This document shows positions 50,893 through 61,854 of a stretch of 64,000 nt of DNA, in pieces. The stretch is from Candidatus Poribacteria bacterium (lineage in GTDB: Bacteria; Poribacteria; WGA-4E; WGA-3G), in contig CBDANF010000003.1 of NCBI GenBank assembly GCA_965197475.1, forward strand, positions 2,880,001 through 2,944,000, read 5' to 3'. The notes below the pieces were generated by a model. It was not told where the DNA came from. It worked only from the letters and a program-made list of their open reading frames with translations, and did not search any database. The first letter of the stretch is position 1, and every line of letters begins with the position of its first letter. Position numbers and translations under genes: made by a program.

Positions 50893-51717
50893 TTATTCAA
50901 AAAAAGGAAAAAGGACCGGTAAATTTTCTGCTGTTAGTGAAGAACCGTATTCACAAGATTCAAATGCTTCAGCATATTGAATGTTAACACCGATTTTTTC
51001 CCCGTAATGTGCTTTTAATAGATCGCGATATTTTTCTGCTATAGTACGGAAACGATTTCGTAAACGTTCTGCAAGCCATTCGCGCCGAACTTCGGCATTA
51101 TCGGGAACTGCATTTAGGGTGCCGCTGTTGTAAGGAAGCCATTCATAGAATTGTGATGTATGGCAATGCAACATATCAATTTTCTGTCCCACTACGGTGT
51201 CAATACCGACAACGACATCCGGTGTAAACGGGATAGGTTTCATAAAACCATCGCTCAAATACACAATGACAGGGTTTTTCTCCAGATGTGGCGTAAGCGC
51301 ACAGATATTGGGAACGGTTACCATATACGCTGCATCCTGCACCAGTATTGACGTATAACGATGATCGGGATGATAGTCGTTGGGGCGGTGTGTCATAATC
51401 AGGTCTGGCCGGAATTCTCGAATAGTGCGGATAATTTGATACCGATTTTCTAAAGTCGGCATCAATTTACCATCGTGGTTGTCAAGCAATTCATATTCAA
51501 TGCCGATAATTTCTGCGGCTGCTTGTGCTTCTGCATTACGCCGTTGCGTTAAAGGACCACCACCCACTTCATGATGTCCGGCATCACCGTTGGTAACAGA
51601 AACGAATTTAACATGGTGTCCCTGCTCCCTATATAGTGCAGCAACGCCGCCAGCTTTAATATCACAATCGTCGGGATGCGCTCCGAAAACTAAAATGCGG
51701 ATATGTTTTGTGTCCAT
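50893..51717 (-). CDS. PIG-L/LmbE family deacetylase
   Basis: GAHPDD, VTNGDAG, DYHPDH. Confidence 0.9.
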   Translation of the reverse strand: MDTKHIRILVFGAHPDDCDIKAGGVAALYREQGHHVKFVSVTNGDAGHHEVGGGPLTQRRNAEAQAAAEIIGIEYELLDNHDGKLMPTLENRYQIIRTIREFRPDLIMTHRPNDYHPDHRYTSILVQDAAYMVTVPNICALTPHLEKNPVIVYLSDGFMKPIPFTPDVVVGIDTVVGQKIDMLHCHTSQFYEWLPYNSGTLNAVPDNAEVRREWLAERLRNRFRTIAEKYRDLLKAHYGEKIGVNIQYAEAFESCEYGSSLTAENLPVLFPFFE

Positions 51718-51741
51718 TAGATTTTCCGTAAAAGTGTCCTG

Positions 51742-54700
51742 TTAATTTTCCTCTGGATCCAGAAAGTCCAAATCGTCAAAGGGTTTTCCATTCATATCAG
51801 TAAGTCGCAGATAGAATCCTGCTTTTTCTTCTTGATTGCACACCTTAACAAGAATAGTGTTTTTGCCCTGCTTGAGTATAACAGGGACAGTGTACTGGTC
51901 CACTTCTGCATCGTGAATTTCCGTATTCGCGAACACCTTTTTACCATTTAACCAGACTTTCGCTTGGCAACTGCTGCCAAATCGAATTTGTGCTTGCCGT
52001 TCATCAGGTGAAGTAAGTGTTGTCCATGCATAAGTGGTCAGCCAATTGCTGTCTATGCCGAATTCAACATATCCATCAAAGGTCTCATCCTCAGTCATTA
52101 CCCAAGTTACACTGCCATTTACGCTATCGTATTTTTCAGTTGTGTTAATCTGCGTTGCGTTTTCAGGGATGTATGCTTTATCGTACCCGATGCCATTCGT
52201 GTTGTCAAACGGTCCGAGAATCAACCATAAGTCTTCAGAGATGAAACCTGCTTTCTGAATGTACGTTTTTGCCTTTTCGGGCTCGTCATATTCACGGTAA
52301 AATTCAGCCATTGTCAAATTGGTGTTTAGGTTGAGACTTGGCATGGCTTTAAGCAAATTGTCTGCCATCCGAGCAAGTTCAGTGTAGATCCGTTGCAACT
52401 CTCGAGAGATTTCCTTCCGTTCACTGTCCCGGGCGGTCATATCCAGTGCTTTCTTATATGCATTGACAGCTTTTTCCAATTCACCATCATAACGATACCT
52501 CCGGGCAATTGATCGCTGCATACTAAACGTAAGTGTACCTTTACTTTCTTCTCGTATAAAGAATTCCTCTAGCTTGTCATGGTTGCGATAGATATTTATT
52601 AACTGTCGTTCAATATTCTGACGACTATAATCTGAAGAAGTGTATTGGATAGCTTGCTCATAAGTTTTTTCGGCAGCATCCATGTCATTTTTCCTGAGAT
52701 AAAGTTCTAACAATTCATGATAAACTTGTTGATCTCCAGGTGTAAGTTCAATTGCTTTTTCGTATGCAGTGATAGAATCATCAATCTGCTTTTTGGAGGC
52801 ATAAAGTTTTGCGATACGTGCATAGTGGACTCCGATTTCCGGTTCTGCATCAATGTATTTATGGGCGAGTTCAAGTGCCTTACTGTATTTGCCAACAGCC
52901 TGGTAACTGTTGACGAGTCCATCTTGATACTTTGTGTTCACTGGATCTTTTTCAAGTAAAGCATTCCAGATTTCTACTGCCTTACTATGCTGATTTTGAC
53001 GAGAATAGAGCGTTGCCAGTTTTTCTTTTGATACAAGATCCTCTGGTACTGCTTTCGTAATCTGCTCATAAGCTTTGATAGCTTCGTTAGGTTTATTGCT
53101 GTTCATATACTGTTGTGCCAAAGCGCGTAGGGTTCCGAAGTCAATTTTTTCTGTATTTTGGGCTGCATTGATAGATTGACTTTGCCTTTTTTTAATTTCT
53201 TGCAACTTTTCTTGTGTCTCTCGGCGTTTCCAAGAATGTACCAACCAGTTGTCTCTGATATCAGTAAACAGTGCTTCGGCATCATCCCACATTCTGAAAG
53301 ACATGTATTTTTTGGCGACTTGTTCCTTATCTGATATACTTCCTCCTCTTCGCATAATTTGAATGTTGCCTATCTTTCGGCATATCTCTTGTGCCTTTTC
53401 AATCTCGCCACTGTTTTTATAAGCAATGACAATTGAATCGTATATACTTTGGACAGTACTATCATCCTGCAGATTGACTTGTGCAACAGCCGCTTTGAGC
53501 AGTTTAAGTTCAAGGTTGTAATTATTAGCAGCCTGACAGGTGTTCGCTAATTTTCTTATCCATCTTAAATTTGCTCGTGCCGGATCATTCTCAAGTATCT
53601 GATTAACGAGCGGTGCTGCATCTTCATTATTATTCATAGTTATTTTCATGAGTGTAACGAGATAAAGCAAGAATGTATCTGTAGGATTCTCTACGAATTT
53701 TTCTTCGTATTCTTTTGAAAAGACTTCTAAATTGCCAGTGGTTTTGTAAAGCTCAACAAGTTTAAGTATTAACTGTTCTTGGAGTAAAACCCTATTTACT
53801 GTGTCCAGTTTTTGACGCAAGAGCTGAATAGCCTTGTCATGTTCATTTATGTGTGAATATGCAGATGCAAGTTTCAAATATGTATCTATATCGCTTGGAT
53901 CAATTTCAACGATCTTCTCAGATAACTCAATGATGGTCATAGCTGCTTCCTGATTGTACTTGGTTCTATTAGCATATTCTTCAACTATGTTCCGCGCGAT
54001 ATTGAGTCCAATATATTGACTTTCGGTCAACGTATTTTCCTTTGTCACGAGCATTTCTTCTACGAGTGCAACGAGTTCGTCAATTTTTTCTGACTCAATA
54101 AATGCACTGATCAGTGACCAATAATAGGTTCTAAAAAGACCTGGGTTATCTTTAAGGAGTATAGCATATTGGGTTGCGGCATTTTTATACTGTTCATTTT
54201 CTTTCAACATATATGCATATCTCTGTCGGGTTGCATTATCCTCCGGTTTTAGTGTTAGTGCCGCCTTATAAGCCTCTGATGATTTTTTATACTGTTCTCT
54301 TCTTTCGTAGAACTCCACTAACCTGATTTGTGCCTGGAATGAATCGGGATTCTTTTGGGCAGCATCAACTAACAAGGATTCGCGTTTTTTAGTAACTTCT
54401 ACTCGTCTTTTCTTAGCTTCTGCATTTTTCGCTGTTAGCTGGAGAGCTCGCTGGAAATCCCATTGGTCTAACTCCTGCCTCCGTGAAGAACTTCTGTTAT
54501 CCAGATACAGAGCACGTTTGGCAAGAAGTGCTGCATCCTGATGTTGACCAAGATCTTTTAGATACTGTGCTAATTGAGTTAAATCGGATGGATCTTTTTC
54601 TTGCCTCATTAAGGACATCGCTTTTTTTGCGACAGCAATTGCATATTGTGTAAGTCCTGCGTTCTGAAGTTGTCGTGAAAACTGATAGAGTTCTCGACTT

Positions 54701-57700
54701 CCTGCCCCTGAATTCAGTTTTTTTACCATTAACTCGCGTACAGTTTCAATATTTCCTGTGTGCAAGGCAAGTTGTAACATAAGCTGAAGGTAATGCTCTC
54801 GATTTCTCGGATCATCTGCAGCAGATTCTTTAAGCAAATCTAATGCTGTTACATATTGATGTGTCTGAATAGATATGAAAACTGTGTTAAGTTTGAGCGT
54901 AATATCATTAGAAAATTCTTTTTGTAGTGCATAGAGGATTTCACGTGCTTTGTCTCGATTTCCCTCCCACCAATAACAATAACTGAGAGCTAAAGCTGGA
55001 TAAATACGGTCTTTGCCTTTAGCGGATTCTAATTTCGTTTGAAATTTGGCGTACAATGTTTCCTTTTGATTTTTCATCCACAGTTGGCTAAAAATTTGTT
55101 GAAGAAACTTCAACCGATTCTGATTAAAGTAAATCGTTGGGGATGTATAATTTGATTCTGTCTGAGTATAGCCTCCGTAAGCAATTGGCGAGTAACCAAG
55201 TGTTGAGACGTTTTCGGTTGTTGTGATGTTCGGTTTGCTGTATTCAAGGTACTTCCAGAAAAGCGCAATTGCTTTGTCGGTCTGTCCTAATGCAATGTAA
55301 GCAGTTGTAAGACTCTGATAACTATCCAAGTACAGCTGCCACTGTTGTTCAATGGACGATTTCTGCTTGCTTCGTTGCGTCCGAATGTTAGGCTCCCCTG
55401 ATGGGATTGGAAATTGGTCGAGTAATTTTTGTGCCCTGTCAACTGCCTCTATTTGTGCAAGAGTCGTAATTAATGTTGCACCTGTGTTAAGGTCAGTTAT
55501 TTCTTCATCTTTAATTTTTTCAACGAGTTTTTGAGCATCTGCCTTTCTGCCCTCACGAGAAAGTATGCTCGCGTATTGTACTATATACCAGAATCGTATT
55601 TCTGGAGGTAAGTCCGTTACGTCATTAATGTACTGCGCTAAGAAATCAGAGTCTTGGTTTTTCTCAATTGCGTGATTCATTCGTATGGCTTGATACAATG
55701 GATTATCTGGTTCGGCGACAATTAATCGGTCAATCACTTCGTTTGCTTTTTTGGAATCCTCAATTAAAGTATAGAAATGTGCTAATGTTTCAAGAATCCG
55801 TATATCTTTTGGGTTTGCTGCAGCGTTTTTCTCAAATTTTTGAATTAGCTCAGATAGTTTGCCTTGACTTTCTGCGATTTCCTTCAACATAACAAGGGCA
55901 CCGGCTTGTGCTTCCTCAAAACTACTCGGTTTCCAAATTTGTTCACCTCTGTCCCAATGGATGATTCCGAAAGAAACTTCCCAAGCAAGATTTTGCGCGA
56001 GATAAAAATCGTTAATGTTAATTCCTGGAGGCCAAGATTTGGAGTCAAACAATCTTCCAGCTATATGCTGAGTTGGATTAAACTTTGCTGACACGGGTTT
56101 TGGCATTTCCAGAATTCGTTGAAAGTACATCTCTGTTTTGTCTATTTCGGTCATTGCGGCAAATAGTGCACCAACCTGATATAATGATACTGCATCATTT
56201 GCTTTTTCAGATACTCGTCCAAGCAAGGTAATAGCATCATCCAGCATCCTATGTCGCATCAGTAAAGTCACCAATTTGATCCCAACTTCAAATGTATGAT
56301 TTTTTGTATGCAGAAGTTTTTCCCATGCCTGAATCGCTTCCTCTTCGCGTCCTGCATCAAATAACAATTCACCCAGTTTTTGGTGATTGATGGGATCCGG
56401 GTGTGTTTCCACAAGCCGCTGTTGATAGGCGAGAGCATCTGCAATATCACCGAGGTCCAGACTAATATTAACCAGTCTTTCTAACAACTCAGGATTTCCT
56501 CGTTCTCGGTCTAAGGCACGTGCTAATTGGAAACGTGCGTTTGCTAATTCGCCCTCCAAGCGATAAAATTCTGATAGTGCTAAAACAGCTCCGACATAGG
56601 TTGTGTCAACTTTTGCCATCTGCTTCAGTTTTTCTTCAAACTCACCACGTTTACCTAATTCATAATATACTTCAGAAAGCGGTTTGACGAGATTGAGTTT
56701 GTCGTCCACATTAGTACTTAGTTCCCAACATCGCCAGTATTGGACGATAGCTTCTTGCGGCTTGCCCGAAAGTTTGAGTGTTTCAGCAAGTTTTATGCAA
56801 ATGTCAACAGCATCCGGACGAAGACGTACTGCCTGTCTGAGACTATTAATTGAAGTTTCAAAATCTCTGGACTGCTTAGCGATTTCCGCCAACAGCTGAT
56901 GTCCTTCAGGATTGCGAGGGGTGTGTGCAACAACTTGTTTTGCAGCAGCAGTTGCAGCCGCAAAATCCATAACATTTAGATAAGAACGCGCTATATTCGC
57001 ATAATATTCGCGTGCATTTGTGTTGTCCACTTTGATTAAGTGTTTATAGATAGCATTTGCAGCCTCACGATGTCCCTGCTTGTCGTAGATGTCTGCAAGC
57101 CAACGGTTAATAACTACATTATCAGGTTGGAGTGTTTTGACTTTTAATAGTACTTTAAGCGCGTGAGTGATGTTGCCCAATTTTAGATACATTTTCGCAA
57201 GTCGCTTATGGTTTGCAAAGGTCTCGGCAGAAGCAAGATTCGGTTTTTGAAGTTCAACCTCCATCGCTTCAACTTTGTCCATGAGCGTTCCTTGCCTACG
57301 ATAGATTTCAATTCGCCGATCGTCAATCTGTTCGGCGAAAAAATCGTTGGGGGCGAACTTAGCGGCTTCTGTGTATTCTGCTAATGCTTCATCGTAAGCT
57401 TTGTTTTCCATCAACCTTTTCGCTAATGCTTCACGATAACGGTATGCTTCCGGCATCAACTGCACCGCTTTTCGACTAACATTGATTGCCTGAGTTTGTA
57501 ATTCCTTTGCTCCGAACAGTTGTGCCAACTGGTCATAATTTTCAGCGATACCTTTATCATTGGCAACCATCCGATTCCATGTCTCAATTGCTTTTTCATG
57601 GTTTCCCTGACGAAAGTAGAATTCACCGAAATACCGAATGTAATCCAGATTGTCGGGGGCGAGCGAGATTGCCTTTTGATATGCTGCGACAGCATCAGCG

Positions 57701-58974
57701 GTCCACTTATGGTTGGTGTAAATCTCGGCGAGAGTGATGTATGTGCTTGCATTCTCCGGGTCGTAGTCAATCATTCTCTGATAAGTCGCCTTTGCCTTAT
57801 CTTCGTTTTCTAATTGCAAATACAGTTTGCCGAGCTCACGATAGATACCAAAATTGTCGGGTTGTTGCTTGCTGAGTATTTCGTATTCTACCGCTGCATC
57901 CTCAAATTTATCTGCGTTGCGAAGGGTATTGATAAGGTTCAGACGTAAATTCGTGTCAGTTGGAGCAAGTTCCAATCCTTTTCTATATGCCGCAATACCT
58001 TCTTCTAACTGCTGATTTTCAATATATGCTGCAGCAAGTAATCCGTGTAACTCTGGCTCTTTTGGTGTTGCTTTAAGTTTTTCTTGATAGTATGAGATTA
58101 GGTCTTTCCAGTTTGCATCGTTGGCGTAAATAGTGATAATCCGATTTTGAAGGTCTTTACGCAGCCAGTTCCCCGGGGCAGTCAAGGCAAGTGCATCATC
58201 GTAACTTTGAATGGCATCCTGATAATCACCTTTCTCTTCCTGAATATTTCCTATTTCCCGACGACTTAGACACACACGATATGGATCATCTTTTTTAATC
58301 TCAATGATTGTTTGATGTTGCACTATCGCTTGTGAGTAAAGACCCTGTTCGTAGTAAAGATCGGCAAGTTCAATAAGGGCGAAGATGTTCTGTGGATTAA
58401 GTTCAGAGATTTTTTCCCATGCTTGAATCGCTTCTTTTACCCTATCTTGACGGAAATAAACGTGTCCAAGGGACTTATAAATTGCAATCAATTCCTCGGG
58501 AGGCACAGTCTGTGCTTGTTCTAATAAGGCTGCGGCTTTGCCTAATTCTGTGATTGCCTCCTTATCTTGACGCAAAGTCGTATACATCTGTCCTAATGCG
58601 AAATGGGTGTAATAATCGTTCGGAGAAAGCTCAACTGCACGTTGATACGCCGAAACTGCCTTAATATCTTTAGCAAAACGTTTGTATATATGTCCCAGTA
58701 TAAGGTGCAAATTTGGGTCGTTCGGGTTAGCTTGTGTTTCTGCCTGATAATCGGAAATCATTGCATCTAACCCCTTGTCTTCAAGGTAAAACTGGCACAA
58801 ACGCTCGAATGTATTACCCTCTTTCGGCTTTTGACGCAGCATCAGTTTGTAACGCTCAATGATTTTCTCATCGGGCACCTCGTCTTGAGCAGTAATAATT
58901 GATGTAAAACATAACGTGTAGGATATAAGAAAGACAAAAAACACAAACGTTCGTTGTTTTTCAAGCTTAGACAT
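51742..58974 (-). CDS. Giant secreted TPR protein (2410 aa) with C-terminal beta-sandwich (PA14/galactose-binding-like) domain
   Basis: Signal peptide, dozens of TPRs, C-terminal WLILGPFDN...AKVWLNG...LKQGKNTILVKV. Confidence 0.85.
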   Translation of the reverse strand: MSKLEKQRTFVFFVFLISYTLCFTSIITAQDEVPDEKIIERYKLMLRQKPKEGNTFERLCQFYLEDKGLDAMISDYQAETQANPNDPNLHLILGHIYKRFAKDIKAVSAYQRAVELSPNDYYTHFALGQMYTTLRQDKEAITELGKAAALLEQAQTVPPEELIAIYKSLGHVYFRQDRVKEAIQAWEKISELNPQNIFALIELADLYYEQGLYSQAIVQHQTIIEIKKDDPYRVCLSRREIGNIQEEKGDYQDAIQSYDDALALTAPGNWLRKDLQNRIITIYANDANWKDLISYYQEKLKATPKEPELHGLLAAAYIENQQLEEGIAAYRKGLELAPTDTNLRLNLINTLRNADKFEDAAVEYEILSKQQPDNFGIYRELGKLYLQLENEDKAKATYQRMIDYDPENASTYITLAEIYTNHKWTADAVAAYQKAISLAPDNLDYIRYFGEFYFRQGNHEKAIETWNRMVANDKGIAENYDQLAQLFGAKELQTQAINVSRKAVQLMPEAYRYREALAKRLMENKAYDEALAEYTEAAKFAPNDFFAEQIDDRRIEIYRRQGTLMDKVEAMEVELQKPNLASAETFANHKRLAKMYLKLGNITHALKVLLKVKTLQPDNVVINRWLADIYDKQGHREAANAIYKHLIKVDNTNAREYYANIARSYLNVMDFAAATAAAKQVVAHTPRNPEGHQLLAEIAKQSRDFETSINSLRQAVRLRPDAVDICIKLAETLKLSGKPQEAIVQYWRCWELSTNVDDKLNLVKPLSEVYYELGKRGEFEEKLKQMAKVDTTYVGAVLALSEFYRLEGELANARFQLARALDRERGNPELLERLVNISLDLGDIADALAYQQRLVETHPDPINHQKLGELLFDAGREEEAIQAWEKLLHTKNHTFEVGIKLVTLLMRHRMLDDAITLLGRVSEKANDAVSLYQVGALFAAMTEIDKTEMYFQRILEMPKPVSAKFNPTQHIAGRLFDSKSWPPGININDFYLAQNLAWEVSFGIIHWDRGEQIWKPSSFEEAQAGALVMLKEIAESQGKLSELIQKFEKNAAANPKDIRILETLAHFYTLIEDSKKANEVIDRLIVAEPDNPLYQAIRMNHAIEKNQDSDFLAQYINDVTDLPPEIRFWYIVQYASILSREGRKADAQKLVEKIKDEEITDLNTGATLITTLAQIEAVDRAQKLLDQFPIPSGEPNIRTQRSKQKSSIEQQWQLYLDSYQSLTTAYIALGQTDKAIALFWKYLEYSKPNITTTENVSTLGYSPIAYGGYTQTESNYTSPTIYFNQNRLKFLQQIFSQLWMKNQKETLYAKFQTKLESAKGKDRIYPALALSYCYWWEGNRDKAREILYALQKEFSNDITLKLNTVFISIQTHQYVTALDLLKESAADDPRNREHYLQLMLQLALHTGNIETVRELMVKKLNSGAGSRELYQFSRQLQNAGLTQYAIAVAKKAMSLMRQEKDPSDLTQLAQYLKDLGQHQDAALLAKRALYLDNRSSSRRQELDQWDFQRALQLTAKNAEAKKRRVEVTKKRESLLVDAAQKNPDSFQAQIRLVEFYERREQYKKSSEAYKAALTLKPEDNATRQRYAYMLKENEQYKNAATQYAILLKDNPGLFRTYYWSLISAFIESEKIDELVALVEEMLVTKENTLTESQYIGLNIARNIVEEYANRTKYNQEAAMTIIELSEKIVEIDPSDIDTYLKLASAYSHINEHDKAIQLLRQKLDTVNRVLLQEQLILKLVELYKTTGNLEVFSKEYEEKFVENPTDTFLLYLVTLMKITMNNNEDAAPLVNQILENDPARANLRWIRKLANTCQAANNYNLELKLLKAAVAQVNLQDDSTVQSIYDSIVIAYKNSGEIEKAQEICRKIGNIQIMRRGGSISDKEQVAKKYMSFRMWDDAEALFTDIRDNWLVHSWKRRETQEKLQEIKKRQSQSINAAQNTEKIDFGTLRALAQQYMNSNKPNEAIKAYEQITKAVPEDLVSKEKLATLYSRQNQHSKAVEIWNALLEKDPVNTKYQDGLVNSYQAVGKYSKALELAHKYIDAEPEIGVHYARIAKLYASKKQIDDSITAYEKAIELTPGDQQVYHELLELYLRKNDMDAAEKTYEQAIQYTSSDYSRQNIERQLINIYRNHDKLEEFFIREESKGTLTFSMQRSIARRYRYDGELEKAVNAYKKALDMTARDSERKEISRELQRIYTELARMADNLLKAMPSLNLNTNLTMAEFYREYDEPEKAKTYIQKAGFISEDLWLILGPFDNTNGIGYDKAYIPENATQINTTEKYDSVNGSVTWVMTEDETFDGYVEFGIDSNWLTTYAWTTLTSPDERQAQIRFGSSCQAKVWLNGKKVFANTEIHDAEVDQYTVPVILKQGKNTILVKVCNQEEKAGFYLRLTDMNGKPFDDLDFLDPEEN

Positions 58975-59040
58975 GAGACGATCTCCTTGAAAGTGGCTGT
59001 GTTAGGAAAATAATCTTTTAATTCTGCTTCTTATTGATAT

Positions 59041-59270
59041 CTGAAATAGCCAGGTTTAGCACAAGTGATGGAATGTCGTTATACTTGCAAAGACATGCAC
59101 ACGGGTGAAGAAACACACAAAATCCAATATGGTAGACAAGTCTTGAGCCAACAGAAGCACCTGCCAAACGCTTACTCACTGAACGTCGGGGACATTGGGC
59201 AATAGAGACAAGGTGTACTGAGTGCGGGATGTTGTGTTTGGAGAAGATACTTCTCACGTCCGACAAATGC
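59041..59270 (+). pseudogene. ISAs1-family transposase remnant
   Basis: Joined frames read *PGLAQV...TGEETHKIQYG-TSLEPTEAPAKRLLTERRGHWAIE-KVY*VRDVVFGEDTSHVR, matching the HWxIEN.HWxxDVxFxED motif. Confidence 0.7.
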
Positions 59271-59310
59271 CATACTCGCTTAACCCAGCAGGTAAAGGTG
59301 GCAAATAGCG

Positions 59311-60744
59311 TTAGATTTGGTCAAACCTTTCCGGTTGCAAACCAAGTTTTTGATATGATTCAGCAGTTGGGAAAATCTTACCGGGATTACAGAGTCCTGT
59401 CGGATTGAAAATCTCCTTGACATTCGCCATCACTTGTAAATCAGCAGGACTGAAGATAAGCGGCATATAATCCATCTTTTCAACACCGATACCGTGTTCT
59501 CCTGTGATCGTGCCACCGACTTCAGCGCATACGGTCAGGATTTCTTTGTTCACATGTTCCACCCGTTCACACTGGTCGTGATCACGTTCGTCAAAAAGAA
59601 CAATCGGATGGATATTACCATCACCCGCATGGAACACATTCGCAATCGCAATCTGATATTTTTCAGAGATTTCTGAGATACGTCGTAGTACCTTTGGTAA
59701 CCGAGTACGTGGCACAACCCCATCCTGCGTAATATAGTTCGGAGCAAGTCGTCCGAATGAACCGAACGCGCTTTTGCGCGCCTTCCAAAGCTCTTGACGT
59801 TCCGCATCATCTTTGGCGTAGTTCACCTCTCGAGCGTTGTGTTGCTTGAAGATTTCAAGTATCCGATCTGTTTGATTTTGCATGCCTGCCTTAATACCGT
59901 CAAGTTCTACAATTAGAATCGCTTCGGCATCAAGGGGAAAACCGAACTTGAATGCTTCCTCCAATGCACGAATAACAAGCGTATCCATCATTTCAAGTGC
60001 GGCTGGAATAATTCCCGCACCGATAATTGTTGAAACAGCATTAGAGGCATCGTCCATTTTGTCAAAGACTGCAAGCGCGGTTTGATACGCTTGCGGATTC
60101 CGTGTGAGACGGAGTGTCGCTTTTGTTACGATCCCAAACGTGCCTTCAGAACCGATCATTACACCACGTAGATCATAACCGGGAACTTCTTCAACAGCAC
60201 CACCGAATTCGATTATTTCACCATCCGGCATTACCACTTCCATTCCAAGCACATGGTCAGAGGTGACACCGTATTTTAGCGTGTGAGGACCGCCAGAGTT
60301 TTCAGCGATATTACCACCGATTGTACACGCCTTTTGACTTGATGGGTCTGGTGCATAATGGTAACCTTGAGCCTGCACTGCCTGAGACAAAAGCAGATTG
60401 ACAACTCCCGGTTCAATGACTGCTCGCTCGTTTTCAATGTCTATTTCAAGGATGCGGTCCATTCGATTGAGCGCAATAATTATGCCCCCTTGAACAGACA
60501 ACATGCCACCGCTCAAACCTGTTCCACCGCCGCGTGCGATAAATGGTGTATTATATTTATTCGCTAACTTGACAATATCCGACACCTGTTGTGTTGTATC
60601 AGCAAAGACAACAACATCCGGCAATGCCTTAAAAGATGGTGCTGCGTCACATTCGTATACCGACAAAGCGGTTGCATCTGTTAGGACATTTTTGGAACCG
60701 AGGAGTTCAGAGAGTTCTGCAATGAGTTGTTCTTTTTGTTCCAT
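59311..60744 (-). CDS. glcD: FAD-linked oxidase, glycolate oxidase subunit GlcD-like
   Basis: RGGGTGLSGG, PDPSSQKACTIGGN, GSEGTFG, HAGDGNIHP, GEHGIG, NPGK. Confidence 0.88.
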   Translation of the reverse strand: MEQKEQLIAELSELLGSKNVLTDATALSVYECDAAPSFKALPDVVVFADTTQQVSDIVKLANKYNTPFIARGGGTGLSGGMLSVQGGIIIALNRMDRILEIDIENERAVIEPGVVNLLLSQAVQAQGYHYAPDPSSQKACTIGGNIAENSGGPHTLKYGVTSDHVLGMEVVMPDGEIIEFGGAVEEVPGYDLRGVMIGSEGTFGIVTKATLRLTRNPQAYQTALAVFDKMDDASNAVSTIIGAGIIPAALEMMDTLVIRALEEAFKFGFPLDAEAILIVELDGIKAGMQNQTDRILEIFKQHNAREVNYAKDDAERQELWKARKSAFGSFGRLAPNYITQDGVVPRTRLPKVLRRISEISEKYQIAIANVFHAGDGNIHPIVLFDERDHDQCERVEHVNKEILTVCAEVGGTITGEHGIGVEKMDYMPLIFSPADLQVMANVKEIFNPTGLCNPGKIFPTAESYQKLGLQPERFDQI

Positions 60745-60964
60745 GGTGTTTTCCTTATTACACAATTTTATCGTGTTTCTTCAGATTAGATTATCATATT
60801 TCCATTTGTTTGTCCAATTAGAAATGTCACGAAGTATTAATTTTTTGGCACAAAATAGCGTAAAATGTTATAATATTAAAGTTATAGAATTAGTCAGAGT
60901 TTAATTCGGAAAATCCATTATCTTATTAATGCACGTTTTCGCGTGCAGAAATGAAGGAGACAAA

Positions 60965-61747
60965 ATGCGAAAATTAGTTTTGATTTTAGGAATCACATGT
61001 TTAATTGTGTGGCTGCTACCACATATTAGTTCTGCTAAGATTGACCCAGAAAAAGTGGTCGGTGTATGGCTATTTGATGAAGGTGCAGGTAATAATGTTG
61101 AAGATTCTTCCGGTAAGGGCAATAATGGCACGATTAATGGGGCAAAATGGAAGGATGGAAAATTCGGCGATGGACTTGAGTTTGATGGTGGAGATTGGGT
61201 GTCCATTCCCTCTACACCTGAACTTCAAGTTGGCGAAGAACTGACCATGATGGCATGGTTCTATGCAACTAATATTGGGGATTGGAGACAACTTATAGCC
61301 AAAAGTGACGAGTATCTGTTACGTATTGACCCACCACATGAACAAAACAAAATGTCTGCCTTTGTAAATGCTGAAAATGAATGGGAGCCGCGAGCATCTT
61401 CACGTGTGCCTGAAACAAACACATGGATTCACTTCGCTGCGACTTATGACAGTGGAGCAAACAGTGATCATCTTGTTGTATATGTTAACGGTGAACACGC
61501 TGGCGCAAGTTCTCGTGCCGGGCAGGTTGCCGTAACCGGAAATGCTGTTGAAATCGGCAAGTGGGATAATGGTTCATATTTCGTCGGAATTATTGATGAA
61601 GTGGCTACATTTAAAGATGTACTCACTGAAGATGACTTGAAAACTATCATGGATAACGGTTTAGATAAAGCACTCGGTGGTGTCGCAGCTGTTGATGCAT
61701 CCGACAAATTGGCAACAACTTGGGGCACCATTAAAGCGAACCGGTAA
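60965..61747 (+). CDS. Secreted LamG-like jellyroll protein
   Basis: Signal peptide; WLFDEG, GKFG..LEFDG, WIHFAATYD, FVGIIDEV; C-terminal VDASDKLATTWGTIK. Confidence 0.88.
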   Translation: MRKLVLILGITCLIVWLLPHISSAKIDPEKVVGVWLFDEGAGNNVEDSSGKGNNGTINGAKWKDGKFGDGLEFDGGDWVSIPSTPELQVGEELTMMAWFYATNIGDWRQLIAKSDEYLLRIDPPHEQNKMSAFVNAENEWEPRASSRVPETNTWIHFAATYDSGANSDHLVVYVNGEHAGASSRAGQVAVTGNAVEIGKWDNGSYFVGIIDEVATFKDVLTEDDLKTIMDNGLDKALGGVAAVDASDKLATTWGTIKANR

Positions 61748-61854
61748 AACAGTTCAAGTGCACACTACGTGGGCGGATAAGAACACTTCCGCCCTTAATC
61801 TTAAAATACACATCTGAACATTGAAAATAAACACGAAGGAGAAATTTTGCCCTC

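Noticed and set aside
59018-59266. 82-aa minus-strand ORF
   Set aside because: Shadow of the ISAs1 transposase remnant on the plus strand
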